From a virus: 64,000 nt of DNA. This document shows, piece after piece, positions 38,916-48,341 of the stretch (positions are counted from its first letter, which is position 1; every line of letters begins with the position of its first letter). The notes under the pieces were generated by a model. The model was not told the DNA's origin. It worked only from the letters and a program-made list of their open reading frames with translations, and ran no database searches. Location of the stretch: the IMG/VR virus record IMGVR_UViG_3300042565_001918. The stretch is one strand, 5' to 3'. Position numbers and translations under genes: made by a program.

Positions 38916-40059
38916 TATTAATAATATCACAAATAATATTTATATCTTTAGAAGTTAAATCCTGATGGTTAGGTATGTAAAATCCATACTCATTAATTAA
39001 TTGACAATTAGGTAATGATACTTCTCCATAATTTTTAATCCACATAGGTTTTTTAGACATATCACCAGCAATTAAAGGTCTAACTTCAATATCATTATCA
39101 ATTAATTTCTTTATAATGATTTCCCTATTTTTGTTTACAATTGGATATGCAAAATTTGAAATGAAATTATTCTCGGTATCTGTAATGTTTAATTGGTTAT
39201 CATTTATAGTTGACCTATATAATCGAAAATTTTTATTTCTTTTTTCAGTATAATTATCTAACTTGTCAATCGCTCTTAACCCAATAAATGCTTGTAGATC
39301 CGTTGATCTTAGATTAAATCCCGGTAAATAGAATGTATATAGTGAATCAAATTCACTAATTCCATTTTCGTTTCGTAATTTATTTTGGATTCTTTTTGGT
39401 AAATCTCTATCCCAACCGTGACTTCTCATCATCAATAATGCATGATAAAAATCTGTGTCGTTAGTGTTTATAAAACCACCTTCAATAGTACTTAAATGAT
39501 GACCAAAATACATAGAGAAAAATGATGCAAATCCAAAAGACCCTAAATATTTATTTTCATATTTAGATCCCATGCTCTCACATACATCTTCTAACAATAT
39601 AACATCGTACTTCTCACAAAGATTTATTATTCTTTCCATATCGGGCACTAAACCTAATGGTGAAACCAAAATAAATGATGATGGGGAGTAATCAATAAAT
39701 AAATTTTCTAAATGAGTTAAGTCACAAGATAGATCCTCTAAATTACAATCACATAATATTGGTTCCATACCCAATAACATTGGTGAGCTCACATCGGTTG
39801 CCCAACTTAAACCAGGGACAATAATTTTATTATTTTTTAGACGATTGGTGTGTTGTAATGCCGCTAAAGTTAAAAGTATTGCCGAAGACCCTGAGTTAAC
39901 ATAAACAGAATATTTTGTACCAATTTTTTCGGCCCATTTTGATTCTAGATTCAATGTTAAATCACCTTTAGTTAAACGAGGTATTTCATCTTGTAATAAC
40001 CATTCACATAGGGATTTTACATCATCTTTATTTATTGTGTCATTAACTAATTTTATCAT
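38899..40059 (-). CDS. colD: ColD-like GDP-4-keto-6-deoxymannose 3-dehydratase (DegT fold, His in place of the PLP Lys)
   Basis: VNSGSSA.L, LSWAT, LEDVCESMG, FSMYFGHHLSTIEGG, RSHGW.R.LP; 386 aa; lies between gmd and a GDP-sugar reductase. Confidence 0.75.
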   Translation of the reverse strand: MIKLVNDTINKDDVKSLCEWLLQDEIPRLTKGDLTLNLESKWAEKIGTKYSVYVNSGSSAILLTLAALQHTNRLKNNKIIVPGLSWATDVSSPMLLGMEPILCDCNLEDLSCDLTHLENLFIDYSPSSFILVSPLGLVPDMERIINLCEKYDVILLEDVCESMGSKYENKYLGSFGFASFFSMYFGHHLSTIEGGFINTNDTDFYHALLMMRSHGWDRDLPKRIQNKLRNENGISEFDSLYTFYLPGFNLRSTDLQAFIGLRAIDKLDNYTEKRNKNFRLYRSTINDNQLNITDTENNFISNFAYPIVNKNREIIIKKLIDNDIEVRPLIAGDMSKKPMWIKNYGEVSLPNCQLINEYGFYIPNHQDLTSKDINIICDIINNVQIV

Positions 40060-40954
40060 AATAATTATTATATACTATTTTTATTCCTTCCGTTAATGAT
40101 AAGGGATTGAAATTAGGTAGTAAAGATTTTAATTTTTCTATGGATACGTCTTTTCTATGTTGTCCATTTGGTTTAGATAAATCCCAATTAATTTCTAAAA
40201 ATTCTGAATCACATGAATTTAATGCAATATTAGCCATATCTTTAATTGTTAAATTTTCATTTCCTGCAACATTAAAACTATCATAAATTTCATCAGAGAT
40301 AACATGATAAATTATTTTGGCGAAATCATCGGCAAACATAAATTGTCTTAATGGAGATCCATCTCCAAATAAAGTTATTGATTTTTCACCATTTTGTTTG
40401 GCGTCAAATATTTTCTTTACCAATGCCGTTATGAAATGACTATTAGATTCATGATCTTTATCCCCAACACCATATAAATTACATGGAGTTAAGTATTGGT
40501 ATTTAGTATTATACTGTTTGTTGTACGCATCTATTTGAACCGCTAAACTTCTTTTCGCATATCCGTATGAAAAATTAGTTAACGTTGGCGGACCTAAATG
40601 TAAATCTTCCTCTTTCATTGGATATGTCTCCATTACATCAGGAAAAATACAAGTACTTAAAATACCGATAAATCTTTTTACATCCATTTTATATGCGTAA
40701 TCAACTAATAATGTATTCATCATTACATTTTCAGTATAATACTCCGCGGGTTTATTAATGTTATCTATAATTCCACCAACTTTTGCCGCCAAGTGAATAA
40801 CGACATCCGGTTTATACTTTAGGTACATATTTCTAACTCCCACTTCAGTAGTTAAATCAAAATCCTTTGATGATAAATAAATTGCCTCAGGTAGATATTT
40901 TTTTAAATATTTACCAACTAATCCAGATCCTCCTGTTACTACTATTTTATTCAT
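40043..40954 (-). CDS. GDP-L-fucose/GDP-L-colitose synthase (Fcl/ColC-like epimerase-reductase)
   Basis: VTGGSGLVG, HLAAKVGGI..N, STCIFP, Y.YAKR, PCNLYG..D...SH, GDGSPLRQF. Confidence 0.9.
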   Translation of the reverse strand: MNKIVVTGGSGLVGKYLKKYLPEAIYLSSKDFDLTTEVGVRNMYLKYKPDVVIHLAAKVGGIIDNINKPAEYYTENVMMNTLLVDYAYKMDVKRFIGILSTCIFPDVMETYPMKEEDLHLGPPTLTNFSYGYAKRSLAVQIDAYNKQYNTKYQYLTPCNLYGVGDKDHESNSHFITALVKKIFDAKQNGEKSITLFGDGSPLRQFMFADDFAKIIYHVISDEIYDSFNVAGNENLTIKDMANIALNSCDSEFLEINWDLSKPNGQHRKDVSIEKLKSLLPNFNPLSLTEGIKIVYNNYYDKIS

Positions 40955-41739
40955 TTCACTATTTTTTTTATTTCGTTATCAACTCTTTCAAATAAATTAC
41001 TACCATATTGAGCGGATTTAATAAAATTTTCCTCCACATATTTTAAGTTAGAAAAATATTGATCTTCGGATAAATTGTTAACAACATCAATAATTTCTTC
41101 TATTGAATTAACAATTATAAAACCATTAAGGTTAAAATACTTTCCAATATTTGGACATCCCCAATATATAGGAATTGTTCCCGTTCTAAGGCAATCAATT
41201 AATTTTTCGGTGAACCAATTTTCAATTTGTAAATTTTCTGTACATATTGAAAACATATAATCTTTTAAAGCGTCCGTCTTATTTTCCACATAATTACAAC
41301 ATCTACCATAAATGTCCATTTTATTACCAATATTATTTATTGTTAAATGTCTTAATTTATGACCTGGCAATTCATTTTTTGAAGATGCGATAATTGAAAG
41401 TAATTTATTTTTATCATGTATTTTTTGATCATCTAATGGAATCCAACAATCCCCAAATGGGAAAACAACTGAGTTTGAACACTCATTTAATATTGTCGGG
41501 TCACTTGCAATAATAAGATCAAATTTATTTTTATGTTGTATTGGGAAACTTATATTATTTTCTCTTCTAGGTATTACTCCTTGACCCTCAATTTGCCAAT
41601 AAATTTTATAATCGTAATCATTATGATTATAATGGTCTAAATTAATACCATATTGGTCTACGTATACAATAACTTTTTTTTCTAAATCTCCTAATTTATT
41701 TGGAATACCTCCTATTAGAGTTGGTTTAATTTCTTTCAT
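40951..41739 (-). CDS. GT10-like alpha-1,3/4-fucosyltransferase
   Basis: YMFSICTEN....WFTEKLIDCL..GTIPIYWG is the GT10 fucosyltransferase motif. Confidence 0.85.
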   Translation of the reverse strand: MKEIKPTLIGGIPNKLGDLEKKVIVYVDQYGINLDHYNHNDYDYKIYWQIEGQGVIPRRENNISFPIQHKNKFDLIIASDPTILNECSNSVVFPFGDCWIPLDDQKIHDKNKLLSIIASSKNELPGHKLRHLTINNIGNKMDIYGRCCNYVENKTDALKDYMFSICTENLQIENWFTEKLIDCLRTGTIPIYWGCPNIGKYFNLNGFIIVNSIEEIIDVVNNLSEDQYFSNLKYVEENFIKSAQYGSNLFERVDNEIKKIVK

Positions 41740-42518
41740 ATCACAATCCAGTTTTTACAGTATATATCATTACTGTTTAAATGTTTATTTTTTTCACCAA
41801 ACCATAATTTTGGTGATATGATTTTTTTATCTTCATTTTTATTTAACCATGCCCCCCACCAAGAAAATGAAGAATTTGCAATAATATTGTTTTTACACAT
41901 GGACATTAAATATAAATCCTGATAATCATCATTACCCTCAATAAAAGTTTTATTTTTTATAAATGATAAATTTTCTTTACACCAATTTATATCATCCGAA
42001 AAAATTAAGTAATGAGAATCCTCACCAATAATTTTAATCGATTCTTTATAATATTCAATTGATTGTGGTGGATGATATTGATTTAATCTAACATAATCAC
42101 CTCTTCTTACGTGTATAGAACAAGTATTGTGATTTAATATATCACCATATTTTGTTTCGAGTAAATTATTGGTTAAATCATCAATAGAAAAAATGTTAAG
42201 TATTTTTTCTTGGTTATTTAAAAAATATTTCTCACTTTGAAAATACCCAACCATTTTTGTGTTATTATTAAATTTTGGTATGGCATTATAATTAAAAGAT
42301 GGTTCTTTATAATGTGAATAAGATTCATTTAATGGTTGGAAATTTAATTTCCTAAAAATATTATTTTTATAGTTGTTTGGATTTGAATGTACAATTGTAA
42401 TGTCATTTATATCTAGTATAAAATTTAAATTATCGTCAATTGATTTAGAATATGAAGATGCAATTTGAAATAAATAATTTCCCAATCCACCCATAAGTTT
42501 AACACTTACAAATCCCAT
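41736..42518 (-). CDS. GT11 alpha-1,2-fucosyl/colitosyltransferase
   Basis: GGLGNYLFQ, GYFQSEKYF, SIHVRRGDY, FSDD..WC, D.YLMS.C...IIANSSFSWWGAWL. Confidence 0.92.
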   Translation of the reverse strand: MGFVSVKLMGGLGNYLFQIASSYSKSIDDNLNFILDINDITIVHSNPNNYKNNIFRKLNFQPLNESYSHYKEPSFNYNAIPKFNNNTKMVGYFQSEKYFLNNQEKILNIFSIDDLTNNLLETKYGDILNHNTCSIHVRRGDYVRLNQYHPPQSIEYYKESIKIIGEDSHYLIFSDDINWCKENLSFIKNKTFIEGNDDYQDLYLMSMCKNNIIANSSFSWWGAWLNKNEDKKIISPKLWFGEKNKHLNSNDIYCKNWIVI

Positions 42519-43159
42519 TATTTTTTATTTAAAAGTTTAATTGGGACACCTACAAAAATTTCAGGGTTATCATCTAATAAAGATTTTACAACTGCACTTT
42601 GAGCCCCAAACATTTTATTACTACCAATTGTTAACCTATCTCTTACTATTGATCCTGTACCAAATTCATTCATATCTCCAATATTACAATGTCCTGAAAT
42701 ATGAACACCGGGGTTAGTTGTCACAAAATCACCAATAACTGTGTCATGACCTACTGTTGTATTTAAATTTAATGTCGTATAATTTCCGATACTTATATTT
42801 GTAGTTAAAATACATCCGGGTGAGATAATTCCCCCAACACCCAGCTTAATAGTGTTATCTAATATTTTGGCGTCTATATCAACAAAAGTTGGTGCGGGAA
42901 TTAACCCACTATCTAATGCTTTTTGAACTAAAAGATTTTTTATTTTAGGACTTCCCACCGCAACCGTAAAAAAGTAATTTGAATCAAATTTCCAATCTTT
43001 AACAACAGGATATGAAATTCCGGATATTACAATTTCATTTTGACCATCATTAAGATCATTAACAAAAATAAAATTTTTAATCTGAGGTTGAGATCTTTTT
43101 ATATATAAAAAAAACTCTTTTGCTAAACCGGCCGATCCTAAAATAACTAAAGTTTCCAT
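42518..43159 (-). CDS. Sugar acetyltransferase (PglD/PerB/NeuD family, left-handed beta-helix)
   Basis: LVILGSAGLAKE N-terminal domain, AVGSP, hexapeptide repeats with TVGHD, VGVP. Confidence 0.85.
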   Translation of the reverse strand: METLVILGSAGLAKEFFLYIKRSQPQIKNFIFVNDLNDGQNEIVISGISYPVVKDWKFDSNYFFTVAVGSPKIKNLLVQKALDSGLIPAPTFVDIDAKILDNTIKLGVGGIISPGCILTTNISIGNYTTLNLNTTVGHDTVIGDFVTTNPGVHISGHCNIGDMNEFGTGSIVRDRLTIGSNKMFGAQSAVVKSLLDDNPEIFVGVPIKLLNKK

Positions 43160-43160
43160 A

Positions 43161-44312
43161 TTAATTTAAATTTTTATTTGATAATATTACCATCTCAATA
43201 ATATATTTAATATCATCATTTGTTAAAAACATATGTAATGGTAATGATATTACTTGTTCGGATAATTTATGTGAGTTTGGGCAAGAACCGTAATTACTTT
43301 TATACATTTTATATAACATATTGTCTCTATAATGTACTCCAGGGTAAATACCATATCCATTTAAGAGTTCCATCATTTTATTTCTATTGTTAACAACAAT
43401 TTGAAATAAATGTCTTGAAGGTTTAATGCAATCTTTGTGGGTAGAAATAAATTTAATATCTGTGTTTTTAAATCCTTCTTCATACATTTTACAAATTTCT
43501 CGTCTACGTGAATTATCTTCTTCTAAATATTTTAAACCTACTAAGGCCATTGATGCCATAATAGAATTACCGTGATATTTAAATCCAACATCAACTAAAT
43601 CATATTCCCATTTATATGTTCCTTTATCATTAGATCTTTGATATGTATCCTTATCTATACCAAGCCAAGATAATTTTCGTACTAATGTATCGTAATCCTC
43701 ATTTTTAAAACAGATCATTCCTGAATCCGCCGTAGGTAAATTTTTTACTGATTGGAAACTAAAAACTGACACGTCAACATTATGACCTACGTGTTTTACT
43801 TCTCCATCTATATTCATAAATGTCCCAGCCATATGAGCTCCATCAAGTATTAATTTAAGTTTTTTTCTTTTACATAAATTAATAATTTCATTTAATTGAC
43901 CGGTATTACCTCCTATACCGACAAAAATAACCGCCTTTGTTTTCTTAGTTATTAAACTTTCAACCGATTTTGGATCTAAACATAAGTTATCATCAACATC
44001 CGCAAAAATAGGATTTAGATTTTCATAATTTATTGCGTGATTTGTGGAAACAAATGTCATAGGTGTTGTGATGATTTCATCACCATCATTCCATTTATTT
44101 GAATCTTTAAGTATTTTAATTGCCAAGTGAAGCCCAGATGTGTTTGAGTTTATAAAATGGGCGTGAGGTAGTTCAGTATATTCTTTCCATTTGGATTCAA
44201 TCTCAACGGTTTTGAATCCAAGACCTGTCCATCCTTTATCTAAACATTCTGTTATATGTTCAATAATTTCATCATTTCTGAATTTAGGTACAAATAAATT
44301 TAAATTTTTCAT
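43161..44312 (-). CDS. DegT/DnrJ PLP-dependent sugar aminotransferase (perosamine synthase/SpsC-like)
   Basis: NSNTSGLHLA, TFVST, LDGAH, FSFQSVKNL (PLP Lys retained), SLPLH. Confidence 0.88.
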   Translation of the reverse strand: MKNLNLFVPKFRNDEIIEHITECLDKGWTGLGFKTVEIESKWKEYTELPHAHFINSNTSGLHLAIKILKDSNKWNDGDEIITTPMTFVSTNHAINYENLNPIFADVDDNLCLDPKSVESLITKKTKAVIFVGIGGNTGQLNEIINLCKRKKLKLILDGAHMAGTFMNIDGEVKHVGHNVDVSVFSFQSVKNLPTADSGMICFKNEDYDTLVRKLSWLGIDKDTYQRSNDKGTYKWEYDLVDVGFKYHGNSIMASMALVGLKYLEEDNSRRREICKMYEEGFKNTDIKFISTHKDCIKPSRHLFQIVVNNRNKMMELLNGYGIYPGVHYRDNMLYKMYKSNYGSCPNSHKLSEQVISLPLHMFLTNDDIKYIIEMVILSNKNLN

Positions 44313-45004
44313 AGTTTATATTTTTTATAACAATAATCTTTATCTTTTAAAATCATAGATTTACTATCATTTATTAGTTTAGTGCTCAAATTATGGTCCC
44401 CCATAACAATAATAATATTATGATCATTAACAACTCCCGGATATCCATATTTAATAAATAACCGATACCATAACTCACAATCAATCATATATGTAACATC
44501 CACATCAATTAGCTCTCCCTTTGGAATCAATCCAACGCTAGGACATCCTATTGTATTTATACCGTCCAATAAATGAATTCCATTTCCATTTATTCTTGGT
44601 ATTTTTGGGTTATAAAAAATATCAGTTCCCGATTTTAAATGTGTAAAACCATTAAGGACCCACTTATGGGTTTTAGTTAACAACATCATATTTCTTAAAA
44701 CAGAATTATTATTAAAATAATCATCTTGATTCATTATTTTAATAAATTCCCCACTTGAATTTAAAATTGCATTATTTGTATTGTGTGCGGGATATCCAAT
44801 ATTGTTTGAGTTTTTAATGTATTTTATTTTATCACTTTTAAAATTATAAATTAAATTTTTTACATTGTCACCAGGTGAATGATCTGATACAATAATTTCA
44901 TAGTCATTATAATCTTGAGATATACAAGATTGTATATTTTTACTTAATAAATGTAGGTTACTGCCATCACTATCATATGATGGTATACAAATTGAAACTT
45001 TCAT
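44309..45004 (-). CDS. GT2 glycosyltransferase
   Basis: KVSICIPSY, EIIVSDHS, N.N.AI....GEFIKIMNQDD, IGCPS, DCELW. Start reassigned to 45004. Confidence 0.85.
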   Translation of the reverse strand: MKVSICIPSYDSDGSNLHLLSKNIQSCISQDYNDYEIIVSDHSPGDNVKNLIYNFKSDKIKYIKNSNNIGYPAHNTNNAILNSSGEFIKIMNQDDYFNNNSVLRNMMLLTKTHKWVLNGFTHLKSGTDIFYNPKIPRINGNGIHLLDGINTIGCPSVGLIPKGELIDVDVTYMIDCELWYRLFIKYGYPGVVNDHNIIIVMGDHNLSTKLINDSKSMILKDKDYCYKKYKL

Positions 45005-45006
45005 AA

Positions 45007-45636
45007 TTATTTTATTAACCATTTATAATCAGTTACTCTATTTTCAATATCACTAAAACTAACTCTCTGAGTTGCAATCATAGGATAAAATGAATAGACG
45101 TTTAACGTATTTTGTAACTCAACATAAATAACATCAAGAGCATTATCACGTTTTTTTATTCTATCATACACTTTACTAATTGATTTACCATTAATTGCAA
45201 CACAATGAGTACTATATGTTTTATGTAATTTACAAACTTTTTCATTAACTATAATTGGGGGTTTTACATTCATGTGAGTATTATGGTTGCCCCCAAAATA
45301 TAACATATCCCAATCATCGGGTAACATTTTAAAATAATCTTCCATATCAATAACTTGATGGTTAAATTCAACATCATCTTCTAAAATTAATATTGATTTA
45401 TAATTATTTTCTAACGCTTCTTCTAGTATTTTCATATTAGTTAAAACTAATGCCAATCTTGATGGTGTAACAAACCCTGATATGACCTGTGGTAATTCTT
45501 TACCGTCAACAGCATTAAATTGATTAATATTTGTTAATCCGTATTTATTAAACTCTATAAGACATTCTTCCCATCTATCAGATCTTCTTTCTAAATTAAT
45601 GCAAAATGTTTTATCAAAAAAATCAGTTATTTTCAT
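45007..45636 (-). CDS. GT25 glycosyltransferase
   Basis: FCINLERRSDRW, F.AVDG, ILILEDDV, WDMLYFG. Confidence 0.85.
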   Translation of the reverse strand: MKITDFFDKTFCINLERRSDRWEECLIEFNKYGLTNINQFNAVDGKELPQVISGFVTPSRLALVLTNMKILEEALENNYKSILILEDDVEFNHQVIDMEDYFKMLPDDWDMLYFGGNHNTHMNVKPPIIVNEKVCKLHKTYSTHCVAINGKSISKVYDRIKKRDNALDVIYVELQNTLNVYSFYPMIATQRVSFSDIENRVTDYKWLIK

Positions 45637-47014
45637 TTTTAAATATATTATTTTTAGACATTATATATTCATATAATTCTTTCGTATTTTTATTTGCTTC
45701 TGTTGACACGGTCCCATCTTTTTCGTGGTGATAGTAGGTAAACAATGGTTTTGGTATTCTTTTACCAACAAAACCATTATTCATCATTCTAACCCATAAA
45801 TCATAATCTTCCCATCCTTTCATTTCCTCATCATATCCTCCACACATTTCAAAAGATTCTCTTGTAAACATTGAACAATTAACAATAAATGGACCTTGTA
45901 TTAATCTTTCTTTTGACCATTCAGGTCTATTCTCAACCCCACTTATTTGACCAACATGATTTGTATCACAATATACAGGACTAATTTTTTTATCTTTTCT
46001 AATAATATTAACACAAGTTTGAATATATTCTGCGGAGATCATGTCATCAGAATCTAATGGTAAAATATATTCTCCATTTGAATTTTTTATTCCGTTATTT
46101 CTTGCGTTTGCCGGACCACCATTTTCTTGATTAATAATTTTTATATTAGGGTGGTTAGATAGAGAATTTAATTTATTTATAATATATTCATCTGTAGACC
46201 CATCATTAACAATGATTAGTTCAAAGTTTTTATAAGTTGAGTTGAATACCGACTCAATAGATTTTTGAAACATTTTTCCATAATTATAAACTGGCATAAT
46301 TACAGAGACCAAAGGAAGTTTTTTGTTTTGGGGATTAACCGGTAGGTTATTCTCTAAAATATTAGGTAAGTGATCCTTATAATTTTCAATAAACTTTTCT
46401 CTATTTTTATTCCATTGATCGTTCGTCATACCTATTGATAGGTGAGTAATTGGGATATTTGAAACTACACCAACCTTAACTCCGTTAATATGATTTTCAA
46501 ATGAAAATGTGGTATCATAAAAGTGAAACCCCTCAACTTCTTCATTGAATGTTGTAAATATTTTTTTCTTATTTATCATCATAAAAACACCATCAATAAT
46601 AACGGTGTCAATAACTTTGTTTCCAAAAGGATCGTTATATGATGATAACCATTTTTTACCATTATGTTTGTGGTAAACCTGACCAACCATTTCAGAAGTA
46701 ATTTCCCACCACATACCAGTAGAAGGATAGTATCTTGTTCCCGCAACTCCAAGAACCCCAAATTCAGGTCTCTTTGTGAAATGTTCAATAACTCTTTTTG
46801 CCCAATATGGTTTTTCAAATATTATATCGTCATGACATAAAACAACAATATCATTTAAACTTTCGGACAAAATTTCATTATAAGTTGCAGATAAACATTT
46901 ATCACCATTATTAATTTTCTCAATGATTTGGACATTGTCTAAACCACAAGTTTCTTTTATGTGACTTATAAAATTTGGTTTTGTTGATTTTGTACTATAT
47001 CCAATCGTAATCAT
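45623..47014 (-). CDS. Two-domain glycosyltransferase (GT-A + GT2)
   Basis: N-terminal domain YN......D.VVLCHDD..., GVAG, DGVF, FHFYD; C-terminal domain VSVIMPVYN, VNDGS, ARN.GI, LDSDD, GGYDE, WEDYDLW. Confidence 0.88.
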   Translation of the reverse strand: MITIGYSTKSTKPNFISHIKETCGLDNVQIIEKINNGDKCLSATYNEILSESLNDIVVLCHDDIIFEKPYWAKRVIEHFTKRPEFGVLGVAGTRYYPSTGMWWEITSEMVGQVYHKHNGKKWLSSYNDPFGNKVIDTVIIDGVFMMINKKKIFTTFNEEVEGFHFYDTTFSFENHINGVKVGVVSNIPITHLSIGMTNDQWNKNREKFIENYKDHLPNILENNLPVNPQNKKLPLVSVIMPVYNYGKMFQKSIESVFNSTYKNFELIIVNDGSTDEYIINKLNSLSNHPNIKIINQENGGPANARNNGIKNSNGEYILPLDSDDMISAEYIQTCVNIIRKDKKISPVYCDTNHVGQISGVENRPEWSKERLIQGPFIVNCSMFTRESFEMCGGYDEEMKGWEDYDLWVRMMNNGFVGKRIPKPLFTYYHHEKDGTVSTEANKNTKELYEYIMSKNNIFKNENN

Positions 47015-47619
47015 ATTCCTGTACTTCCAAACCCTTTATCCTCTCTATCTTTCGAGGTAACATTATCCACTTCAGTTAATTCAATCCATTTACCACAAAC
47101 TACAGGTGTCATAACTGCTTGAGCAATTTTCTGACCTTGTTTAATTTCTACGGGATTACTAGTCGTGTTAAACATTATAACTTTTATTTCACCAGTATAT
47201 CCTTGATCTACAGTGCCGGGAGAATTTAAAACCATCAATCCTTGATTTAATGCCAAACCACTTTTTGATCTAACTTGTATTTCATAATTTTCAGGTATAT
47301 CAAAATGTATTCCCGTTGGGATCAAACCTCTACCAAAAGGTTTTAATGTGATTGATTCGGTAGAAAATAAATCCATTCCCGAATCTGTTTGGTATGCGTA
47401 TGATGGGGATGTTGATCCTGAATTAGATTTACTATAATGTAATTTAATTGTGGGTTGCATGGATTCCATTGCTCTTTCCAATTCCTCAACATCTAAACCA
47501 AATTCTTGGATTATGGAATCATAATCAATTTCTATTTCACCATCATCATCTAACGCTGCCTCAAGAGTACTAACTCGTTTGAGCATTTCCTCAAACTCAT
47601 CAACTTTATTATCGTTCAT
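47011..47619 (-). CDS. dut: Trimeric dUTPase with acidic N-terminal extension
   Basis: SGMDL, RSKSGL, NSPGTVDQGYTGEI, IAQ, R..KGFGSTG (motifs I-V). Confidence 0.95.
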   Translation of the reverse strand: MNDNKVDEFEEMLKRVSTLEAALDDDGEIEIDYDSIIQEFGLDVEELERAMESMQPTIKLHYSKSNSGSTSPSYAYQTDSGMDLFSTESITLKPFGRGLIPTGIHFDIPENYEIQVRSKSGLALNQGLMVLNSPGTVDQGYTGEIKVIMFNTTSNPVEIKQGQKIAQAVMTPVVCGKWIELTEVDNVTSKDREDKGFGSTGI

Positions 47620-48338
47620 TATTTTAATTGTTTTAATTTTATGATTGCATCAATCAGAACCTCAACATCTCGTTCACAGTATTCCCCAATTTCTTTTAAC
47701 ATACCTTTGTTCCAATAACAATCATGAACTTTATCTCCCGTTACTTCCCCACCTTTTGGTGTTGGAATATCTAACGCCGAACACATTAAGTCCAATGATC
47801 CGATTGCGGTATATGCACCATATTGCCAAACATCTTTAGTATCAATTGCTTTGATCTCCCAAGGTTTAGTATCATATGATGGTAAAATTGATGATGGTTT
47901 TAATCCATTAATAATCATACGTTTAGCAATCATTGGAATATCAAAATTCTTTAAGTTATGACCACATAAATGGAAATCTAATTTACCACAACGATTTAAC
48001 AATGTTTGAAGTTCACTTAAAAGTGTTTCTTCATTATCGTTTGAGAATGTTTGTTTTTTAACTTCATTCTTATCTGTTACGAAAGCAACACTCACACAAA
48101 CAATTTTAGCAAATTCAGGGACCAATGCGGTTCTTGTTGAGAAGATTAAATTCTTTCTTTCGTTTTCATTCTTACCAATCAATTGGTCTTCCGGAAATCT
48201 TTTTAAGAACCAATCAAAGTATTTGTCAAATTGTTCACCTAATCTTGGATATTCTTTTACACAAGTGTCATAATCTTTTGATATTCCAACTGTTTCAATA
48301 TCAAGGAATAAAATTTTTGTAATTGGTACGTTAATCAT
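47619..48338 (-). CDS. 3'-5' exonuclease (DnaQ/PolB-exo-like, DEDDy)
   Basis: LFLDIETV, GHNLKNFDIP, KPWE....DT, SLDL, YCERDV; resembles the stand-alone Bacteroidota family. Confidence 0.88.
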   Translation of the reverse strand: MINVPITKILFLDIETVGISKDYDTCVKEYPRLGEQFDKYFDWFLKRFPEDQLIGKNENERKNLIFSTRTALVPEFAKIVCVSVAFVTDKNEVKKQTFSNDNEETLLSELQTLLNRCGKLDFHLCGHNLKNFDIPMIAKRMIINGLKPSSILPSYDTKPWEIKAIDTKDVWQYGAYTAIGSLDLMCSALDIPTPKGGEVTGDKVHDCYWNKGMLKEIGEYCERDVEVLIDAIIKLKQLK

Positions 48339-48341
48339 TTT

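Noticed and set aside
37163-47014. Bacterial O-antigen/capsule locus (host contamination or prophage flank)
   Set aside because: No wzx/wzy/wzz or other membrane genes; embedded seamlessly between phage-type phoH, dut and sigma genes on one strand.
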